The notes under the pieces were generated by a model, which made no database searches, had not been told where the DNA came from, and saw only the letters and a list, made by a program, of their open reading frames with translations. Positions 15,479 to 21,557 of a stretch of DNA of 24,000 bases are shown here, piece after piece (within the stretch, counting starts at the first letter, position 1; every line of letters starts with the position of its first letter). Where the stretch lies: positions 42,837 to 66,836 of the forward strand of contig CAYOZO010000005.1 of NCBI GenBank assembly GCA_964408405.1, given 5' to 3'. The translations under genes were made by a program, and so were the position numbers. The DNA is from an uncultured Turneriella sp. (GTDB taxonomy: Bacteria; Spirochaetota; Leptospiria; Turneriellales; Turneriellaceae).

Positions 15479-16335
15479 AATACTCGTGGCTATGCATTTT
15501 TGCTCTGCTCTTGTCAGGTGCGTGCTTTCCGCACCAAAAGCGCATCGATGCATACCGCGAAAAAATTGAAAAGAATTATCCCCAGGCCTCGCGAATCCTT
15601 GAAGCAAACGCGCGCAAGGCACATTACGTGCGAACAGGAACAGGGACACACCTGATTGTTTTCATTCACGGATCGCCCGGCTCTTGGGATGCATTTGCCG
15701 AATATCTGGCAAATCCAGAGCTGCAGCAATTAGCCCGAATGGTATCAGTCGATCGCTTAGGTTTTGGGAAATCTGAACCCATGGCTGCTGAAAAATCTCT
15801 GGCGGCCCATTGTTCATTGATTAAGGGAATTATTCTCGAAGAAAGAATGCTCTCCCCGCCGGGAAAAATAATTCTCGTCGGGCATTCCTTTGGTGGGCCT
15901 GTCGCGGCGCGCCTTGCGGCCGATGTAACCACAGGCATCACCGATCTTCTGCTGCTTGCGCCCTCTGTGGACCCCGAGCTCGAAAAAATTGAGTGGTACC
16001 AGAGAATTGCAGATTGGCGTGTAGTGCGCTGGCTTCTACCGCAATCTCTTGACCACGCTAATCAGGAAATATTGCCGCTCCGGGCCGAATTGGAAAAGAT
16101 GAAGCCACTTTGGGGCCAGATCAGGGCCGAAGTCACTGTCGTGCACGGCACAGACGATGCCTTGGTGCCTGTCGGGAATGTCGACTTTCTTCGTAATGTG
16201 CTTGTACACAAACCAGCTCATTACATAATTATCCCCAACCAGGGACACTTTATCCCCTGGGAGAGGTCCGAAATCGTCACCGGTCTTCTGTTGAAAACGC
16301 TGTCGCCGGTGAATGCTGAAGGGAAAGGGCCATGA
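15475..16335 (+). CDS. alpha/beta hydrolase lipoprotein
   Basis: ATGA overlap with the upstream stop. Signal peptide with lipobox LSGAC. HGSPGS oxyanion region, GHSFGG nucleophile elbow and C-terminal GHFIPWE His motif. The tracker's 32-aa N-terminal extension overlaps the previous gene and was trimmed. Confidence 0.8.
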   Translation: MKYSWLCIFALLLSGACFPHQKRIDAYREKIEKNYPQASRILEANARKAHYVRTGTGTHLIVFIHGSPGSWDAFAEYLANPELQQLARMVSVDRLGFGKSEPMAAEKSLAAHCSLIKGIILEERMLSPPGKIILVGHSFGGPVAARLAADVTTGITDLLLLAPSVDPELEKIEWYQRIADWRVVRWLLPQSLDHANQEILPLRAELEKMKPLWGQIRAEVTVVHGTDDALVPVGNVDFLRNVLVHKPAHYIIIPNQGHFIPWERSEIVTGLLLKTLSPVNAEGKGP

Positions 16336-16898
16336 ACCAAAATGCTCCTAGTCTGTTTTCCAATGACTTGCAGGCTCTGAATAATGCGCTATTTGCTTTC
16401 GCACGCAAGCGTGTCCAGAGCGAAGATGACATCCTGGATCTCATCCAGGATACGCTGACAGAATACCTCGCGAACAGAGAGAAGTTTCGTAACGCCTCAA
16501 GCGAGCTTACCTACCTGACCGGGATATTGCGCAATAAAATATTTGAACTATATCGCCGCCAGGGTCGCGAGTTGACGCCGGGGCATGAAACGATCGACGC
16601 AATGCTAGACAGCGGGACGTCATTGCACTCGCAGTATGTTTCATCGGATGCTGTACACGAGAAATTGGCATCCGATGACGTTACTCATCGCATCCAAAAG
16701 TGCATCCGGCGGTTAAAGCCGCCGTATTTTCAGGCCTTCGTCCTGAGGGAGGTCGAGGAGCTCAAGACTGATGAAATTTGTAAGATTATGGGGGTTAGCA
16801 TCACCAACTTAAACGTAATACTGCACAGGGCGCGTAAGCAACTGCAGTTGATGCTGAAAGCAGAGGGAATCAAAGATGCAAGTTCCGGTCTCACGTAA
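16332..16898 (+). CDS. ECF-type RNA polymerase sigma-70 family factor
   Basis: ATGA overlap with the hydrolase gene. Region 2 DLIQDTLTEYL. Region 4 HTH TDEICKIMGVSITNLNVILHRARKQL. Confidence 0.85.
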   Translation: MNQNAPSLFSNDLQALNNALFAFARKRVQSEDDILDLIQDTLTEYLANREKFRNASSELTYLTGILRNKIFELYRRQGRELTPGHETIDAMLDSGTSLHSQYVSSDAVHEKLASDDVTHRIQKCIRRLKPPYFQAFVLREVEELKTDEICKIMGVSITNLNVILHRARKQLQLMLKAEGIKDASSGLT

Positions 16899-17139
16899 AC
16901 CCATGCTCAACTGTCGCGATACCGGCACTTTGATCTCTTTGGCGCGCGATCACCGCGTAGGCGTATGGCGTAAAATACAGATTCGTATGCACGTCGCAAT
17001 GTGTGATGCCTGCCGCAAGTATTATAAATTTGTCGAACGCATCGGCCTCAAGGCTAGGGAAGATTCGGCCGTTGACAAAATGCCCGAGGCGATGCACAAA
17101 AAAATCGAAGCGAGGCTGAAATCATGGAACCCAAAGTGA
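16876..17139 (+). CDS. soluble zinc-binding anti-sigma factor (ZAS, RsrA-like)
   Basis: gaggga SD lies 7 nt upstream of the ATG at 16876 (alternative ATG at 16903). HxxxCxxC motif (HVAMCDAC) plus an upstream Cys 26 residues before the His. There is no TM segment in the 87 aa. Confidence 0.7.
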   Translation: MQVPVSRKPMLNCRDTGTLISLARDHRVGVWRKIQIRMHVAMCDACRKYYKFVERIGLKAREDSAVDKMPEAMHKKIEARLKSWNPK

Positions 17140-17369
17140 CAATCTATTCAAAAGACTACTGTCCGTATTGCATCCGCGCAAAGGAATTTTTTGCGGAACG
17201 GAATATTGCTTACCGCGAGGTTGATGTTACGGCAGATCCAGGAAAGTTGGAAGAACTCAAGGCGCTCACCAAGCACATGACTGTTCCGCAAATCTTCATA
17301 GATAATGAATTTGTGGGCGGCTATACAGATATGATAGCCAAGGTGAAATCCGGAGAATTGAAACTCTGA
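17124..17369 (+). CDS. grxC: glutaredoxin (GrxC-type, CPYC active site)
   Basis: 81 aa with VTIYSKDYCPYCIRAKEFF, TVPQIFIDNEFVGGYTD and the GG motif. It overlaps the anti-sigma gene by 16 nt. Confidence 0.9.
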   Translation: MEPKVTIYSKDYCPYCIRAKEFFAERNIAYREVDVTADPGKLEELKALTKHMTVPQIFIDNEFVGGYTDMIAKVKSGELKL

Positions 17370-17911
17370 TTCGCTCGCTTTTCCTGGCGCTGCTTATTCA
17401 GCTGCCGATCATTGCCTAAGAAAAGCCAGACGCCATATCGAACTGGAGCCTTGGGGCAGAGGTGCAAGTCTATCCGGCGGGCGTGATCGCTGGTGCCCGG
17501 GCGGAGTATAGCCTCAATGGGGTAAACACCATGAACTTTCGCGCAGGCTATAACCTGGCGCAGCGGCATGATTTCGGTAAACACGATAACGAGCACGGTG
17601 GCGGCTGGGGCGGTGGCTTTGGCTACAGGCATTACGGATTAACTCGTCGGTTACCATTTTTTTTCGGCGCAAGGTTCGATTTCTGGCAGCTCAGTATCGA
17701 TTGGAGAAATAGTCCAGGAGCTTCCGGAACATCCGGGATTTCGGTATTCCAACCGACAGGCGAAGCTGGCTACGAGGTTTTCCTGGGTGAAAGTGTACGG
17801 CTTCAAATGGCATTAGCTTTAGGTGCCGAAATTAATGCCATTACAATTGGTGACGCGGTGGGCGAAGGCGCAATTCTGCTCGCGGGATTGTCTGTGCTGT
17901 ACGCCTTGTAG
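17366..17911 (+). pseudogene. putative outer-membrane beta-barrel-like protein; signal-peptide-like leader separated from the body by an in-frame TAA (17417-17419)
   Basis: Frame 2 reads ...LIRSLFLALLIQLPIIA-TAA-EKPDAISNWSLGAEVQVYPAGV... The tracker ORF (17462-17911, GTG start) is the downstream part. No ATG/GTG/TTG exists in the leader between the upstream stop (17306-17308) and the TAA. The body has alternating beta-strand-like patterning and Gly/aromatic richness. Confidence 0.45.
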
Positions 17912-18001
17912 GCGGGAGCCTCTGCATGCAGCACGCATAGCGGTTCGCTACGTGAATCGCGGCGTCTGCAGCGAGCACGGGATTTTTTCAATATCGTGCT
18001 A
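17912..18001. repeat. Intergenic element copy B (right-half homologue of the 7717-7864 element)
   Basis: 17955-17991 is identical over 37 nt to 7817-7853. The flanks align with substitutions (gcggttcgctacgtg vs gcgatttcgctaagaa; caatatcgtgctac vs caacatcctgttag). An interrupted hairpin spans 17928-17969 (gcag/ctgc, acgc/gcgt, gcggtt/aatcgc). Confidence 0.6.
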
Positions 18002-18014
18002 CTATTGTAACCGA

Positions 18015-19003
18015 CTAACCAACCCCGGGGTAAAAATTATCCACATCAGCCGCGTCGACGCGATGCGGCAGCAGGGCTCGCATTGCCTCGTCCTGCTGGC
18101 ATAGCGGCAATTTGGCGAAGAGGTAGCGCAAATACATCCACGGCTCCAGGTCATTGGCCTTCGCCGTTTCAATCAGCGAATAGACGAGCGCGCTCGAATC
18201 GGCGCCGCTTCAATCGCATATAGCTTGCGAATTTCGTCTACAATCTGCGACGCGAAGGAATCAGCTTTCGTGAGCTTAATGACTTCAACAAACTTGCGAC
18301 GCGTATGTGCCTAAGCGGACAGGATGGCCGCAAAGCATGTGGCGGAGCGCGTTTCGCTGTATTGAAAAAATCGAATTTTTTTCGTTGCAAACGGCTGACG
18401 CAAAGACGACATCCGTGTCGGCGTCAGCTTCTCGCCCTCCGTGGCAAATACAAACATCCACGACTTCTGCGTGTTCGTTCGATCTGTTTCATTTAGAACC
18501 TGCAATGGAGTTTGCCAAGAGGCGCAGCTCGCTTCGCTCACTGAACATCGGCGAGGATTACCTTTTCTGCAAGTAAATCCTGCCAGATGAGTTGCTCAAT
18601 CCTATCGTACTGCTCATAGAATTGGATCTGCCGGCTGTTAGCCATGCTGGCTCCCAGCCCAGCTGGTTTGAAAGATTTGCTCTGGAAATATCAATCCCAT
18701 AGCGCTGAAAAATTTTTTCTTGCCGGTAGTACGGCAGATGGTCACAGAATTTGTTCGTGAGCACGTGTGCGAAAAGCCCCGGCGTTGCGATAGATTTTGG
18801 CAGAATCTCCGGCTGTCAGCCAAGAGGCGCCAGCCTATTGGCGGCATGGGAGCGATTTTGAATTCGGCGGATTTATTGCCGTTCAGGCAGCTTTTACATG
18901 TGTACTTCGGGCGGATGTGCTTGTGGACGACAATCTTGACAGGAACAATGCCGAGTTTTTCCGTAATTTCGCGGTCGATTTCCACGAGTTCGCTAGCACC
19001 CAT
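18015..19003 (-). pseudogene. IS66-family transposase (TnpC) pseudogene, frameshifted and internally deleted
   Basis: Minus-strand fragments: VPVKIVVHKHIRPKYTCKSC (zinc-finger region), DHLPYYRQEKIFQRYGIDISRANLSNQ, LNETDRTNTQKSWMFVFAT (DDE first Asp region), AHTRRKFVEV...LYAIE, and GADSSALVYSLIETAKANDLEPWMYLRYLF (IS66 C-terminal domain) ending at the TAG at 18015-18017. The pieces lie in different frames, and the total length is far below an intact ~500-aa TnpC. Confidence 0.8.
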
Positions 19004-19039
19004 TCCGACCTCGACGGCGACACCACACGCACAAATTTT

Positions 19040-19191
19040 TCCGCCTCTTGTTCGGCCATGCGCTTCTCTTTTGCCAGGTGATATTGCAGCGCCGAAACCT
19101 TGATGCCGTGCTCCTTGCAGTAGCTAATCATCGTCAGGCCGCTCGCACGGTAACGTTCCGTATGCGTCACATCGAATTTGCTTCTGTTCAT
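19040..19191 (-). pseudogene. IS66 accessory protein TnpA-like N-terminal fragment
   Basis: MNRSKFDVTHTERYRASGLTMISYCKEHGIKVSALQYHLAKEK is HTH-like, as in IS66 orf1 products. The ORF then reads through into out-of-frame tnpC sequence. No tnpB-like segment is present. Confidence 0.55.
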
Positions 19192-19250
19192 GTCCGAAGA
19201 TCGACAATAGTGTCAGGTCACCGAACCCGGTGTTGCTTTGACGGTTACCA

Positions 19251-19311
19251 GCAGGTTTAGGTTAGTCTTGTTGCCGGCGTCTATTGCAGCGCCACAATTT
19301 ACAGAACCTGC
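19251..19311. repeat. Possible degenerate element copy R3 abutting the IS66 right end
   Basis: gcaggtt(19251-19257)/aacctgc(19305-19311) uses the same clamp as R1 (caggtt...aacctg). It encloses ccggcgtctattgcagcgccac (19274-19295), which resembles gcggcgtctgcagcgagcac of the 7.8-kb and 17.95-kb copies. Confidence 0.4.
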
Positions 19312-19690
19312 CACCTGCCTCTGGTCTAATTAGGACCAGAGAATGTTTTCGACCGGCCTTACGAAGCAAAACATGGTGTCTTGTTAGCTGCTGTTTTTGC
19401 CCGCTGTGCCTTAACGCGGCCACGGCGCGTAATGGCCCGAAAGGGTAACGGCCAAGCAGGCCCTGGACAAATGCAGACTTACTTACATCGCCACGCGAGG
19501 ATCAGGGTCGGTAAATAAATGTCTTGAGAGAGAAGACGAGCGGGGATCTCTTTGCCAGCGATGTGTTGAATCTGGATAAACCATTACGCTGCCGTGTCTT
19601 TGCCGCGTGTGAAAGACCTCTTCGCGCCTGAATCTTTGGGGAACCGCATACATGGCCTGGCGGAATACCACACCCCCCATTCGCGCGCGC

Positions 19691-19731
19691 GGGGCGGGCA
19701 AAAATGGCAGCTAACGCGTTTCACCCGCCCC
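19691..19731 (-). terminator. G/C-rich hairpin immediately downstream of the minus-strand lipoprotein gene (possible terminator, atypical)
   Basis: 8-bp stem ggggcggg(19691-19698)/cccgcccc(19724-19731) with a 25-nt loop. It starts 5 nt after the stop codon of the 19737-20216 gene. No canonical trailing U-tract exists on the minus strand. Confidence 0.3.
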
Positions 19732-19736
19732 AAAAA

Positions 19737-20216
19737 CTACGGCACGAGATTCACACGCCGCTGCGGTGAAGAGTGCGTCAAATTACCAAACTGGTCATAA
19801 CCCCAGACCGCCCAATACCGATCGGTCCCGTTTCCCGGGTCGGCTGTGGCAGAGACGAAGTCTTTGGTGTTCTGGTCATACGTGTGCATGGTAGATCGGG
19901 TTTGTGAGCCGCGGACGAACCCTGAAAGACCATCCCGGCTACCTGCGATGAAAGCCTGTGGGTTTGAGATAGTCTTGCCTGAAGTTTCAATCTTGGCATT
20001 AAACAATCCAAATACGACATACTTCACTTCGCTCGGGACAGAATAGCTGAAAGAACCGCCCGCATTCACACTCCCACCATCAAGCGGCAAAATCAACCCA
20101 ATCTCCTCCGTGCCCGCGAAGATGGGCGTCTTCGGCTGCTCGGCCACGTTATTGATACAGCCGGCAAGCGTTCCGGCGAGAATGGCTGCTGCGAAGATGT
20201 GTGTTAGCTGTTTCAT
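19737..20216 (-). CDS. hypothetical lipoprotein
   Basis: Signal peptide with lipobox LAGC (MKQLTHIFAAAILAGTLAGC). 159 aa. It starts 10 nt downstream of the upstream gene's stop. No family recognised. Confidence 0.7.
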   Translation of the reverse strand: MKQLTHIFAAAILAGTLAGCINNVAEQPKTPIFAGTEEIGLILPLDGGSVNAGGSFSYSVPSEVKYVVFGLFNAKIETSGKTISNPQAFIAGSRDGLSGFVRGSQTRSTMHTYDQNTKDFVSATADPGNGTDRYWAVWGYDQFGNLTHSSPQRRVNLVP

Positions 20217-20226
20217 AGGTGCTCCC

Positions 20227-21513
20227 TCAGAAGTTCAGGCGGGCGCCGCCGCCGATGGAAATGTTGGTCAGGCTCAGGTCGCTCGATACCGAAAGCGGTT
20301 CACCCAAAATGCCCTGGCTGACATAGGTGCCGCGCGTGACGGTTTTGGTGAAAGCATTGTAGCGGGCTTCTAGAAAGAGGCTCACCTTGAGTTTGGGAAA
20401 AAACTCCACCCCCGCCTTAACGCCCAGCTGCAGCAGGTCGAACGACGCAAGTTTTTCTTTGGTTTCGTCGGTACCCTTCAGGCGGTAGTCGCTGACGCGC
20501 GTGTAGCCGCCGAAGACGCCGACGTAGGGCGAAATGTACGAGTTGATCGCCAATGGTTCAACAGCGATGCCGAGCAGGTACGCATTGAGCAGGTACTCGC
20601 GCGACTGCGAAAGCGAACCGAACGGGCTCGAGTATGAATACGAATGGTCCCACCCGGTGTTCAGGCCATAGCTGAAATCGGCAGTCCAGCGGCCAAACGT
20701 GATGCCCAGCTGTCCCATGAACAGGTTGCCCTGCTTAAGCGTTGAATTCACCGGAAACAGGCGTGCATAACCCGCACCGACAAATACCTGTATCGCTTCG
20801 CGCGCGGGTGCAAGGGTTTCGGTCAATCGTTCGGTCTCACCCGCGCGAATGGTCGCATTGCGCTCCGCCGATTCGTAACCCGGTTTGCGTAGAAAGATGC
20901 TGTGGTTGCCCGCGCTCAGTTTGTACTCCACCACCGGTGTGCTGCCGACAACGATACCATCGACCAATAGCTCTGCACCCTCGGGGCTTGAAGTCACGGT
21001 CAGCCGGCCGCTCTTGCCGCCCGCAATCGCCGAGGCCATCGCGAGCGACGCTTTGCCCGCTTCGTCGAGTACCGTTGCAAGGGGAGCTGAAACACTGCGC
21101 CCCTCAATCACCGCACCGGTCGCGACATCGACCGCGCGCAACGTGACGTTGATGCGCTCGGCGTCGCCGGTAAAGCTACCCATTAGCAGCACATCGGCAC
21201 GCAGCAATTTGCCGGCACGCGCCACCTGCCCGCTGTCTACTGCCCCACTCTGCTCCAGCTCAATCTCTTTGAGCACCTGCTTGAGTTCGCTGCGCTCGAG
21301 CACGGTAATTTCACGCGACGAGCTGAGCGTACCGCTCACCGATTCGGGCAATGCAGTCCTGAGGTAATCAAGGCTGCGCGAGGCGGAGCTATTGCTGAAA
21401 TTGACGACGGCAACGGTCTTTTTGGCTGCAGCGTGGCCTGCGACGGTAATCAGCAGTGTGGCAAGGCAGGCAACAAGGCTCCTGGCAAAGAAACCTAATC
21501 GGGGCAAACGCAT
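20227..21513 (-). CDS. outer-membrane protein with CsgG/LpoB-like N-terminal domain, PEGA domain and C-terminal beta-barrel
   Basis: Signal peptide, then KKTVAVVNFSN...ITVLERSELKQVLKEIELEQSG...LLRADVLLMGSF (CsgG-like pattern). PEGA motif in LTVTSSPEGAELLVDGIVVGSTP. The C-terminal ~190 aa has alternating beta pattern ending ...GGGARLNF, with a terminal Phe typical of OMP barrels. Confidence 0.8.
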   Translation of the reverse strand: MRLPRLGFFARSLVACLATLLITVAGHAAAKKTVAVVNFSNSSASRSLDYLRTALPESVSGTLSSSREITVLERSELKQVLKEIELEQSGAVDSGQVARAGKLLRADVLLMGSFTGDAERINVTLRAVDVATGAVIEGRSVSAPLATVLDEAGKASLAMASAIAGGKSGRLTVTSSPEGAELLVDGIVVGSTPVVEYKLSAGNHSIFLRKPGYESAERNATIRAGETERLTETLAPAREAIQVFVGAGYARLFPVNSTLKQGNLFMGQLGITFGRWTADFSYGLNTGWDHSYSYSSPFGSLSQSREYLLNAYLLGIAVEPLAINSYISPYVGVFGGYTRVSDYRLKGTDETKEKLASFDLLQLGVKAGVEFFPKLKVSLFLEARYNAFTKTVTRGTYVSQGILGEPLSVSSDLSLTNISIGGGARLNF

Positions 21514-21557
21514 GGTAGGCAGAGCATGGCGCCGAGACGGCAGCGGTCAAGCCGATT

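Larger units (their letters stand above)
18007..19248 (-). mobile_element. IS66-family insertion sequence remnant (internally deleted, ~1.24 kb)
   Basis: Terminal inverted repeats gtaaccgactaaccaaccccgg (18007-18028) and the reverse complement of 19227-19248 (gtaaccgtcaaagcaacaccgg) match at 18/22 positions and begin with the GTAA typical of IS66 ends. The interior encodes IS66 TnpA- and TnpC-like fragments in several frames. Confidence 0.8.

Noticed and set aside
18305-19103. Plus-strand ORFs inside the IS66 remnant (18305-18496, 18307-18576, 18720-19103, 18797-19081)
   Set aside because: They are antisense to recognisable IS66 TnpC/TnpA fragments, and their translations have no motifs.
3039-19311. 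Whether the repeated intergenic elements could be a CRISPR array
   Set aside because: The copies are kilobases apart, differ in length, are internally palindromic with variable inserts, and lack regular repeat-spacer periodicity. No cas genes are present.
19260-19736. tRNA or tmRNA in the long non-coding gap
   Set aside because: I could find no cloverleaf arrangement and no GTTCGAATC-like T-arm motif by eye. This needs tRNAscan-SE/ARAGORN to exclude formally.
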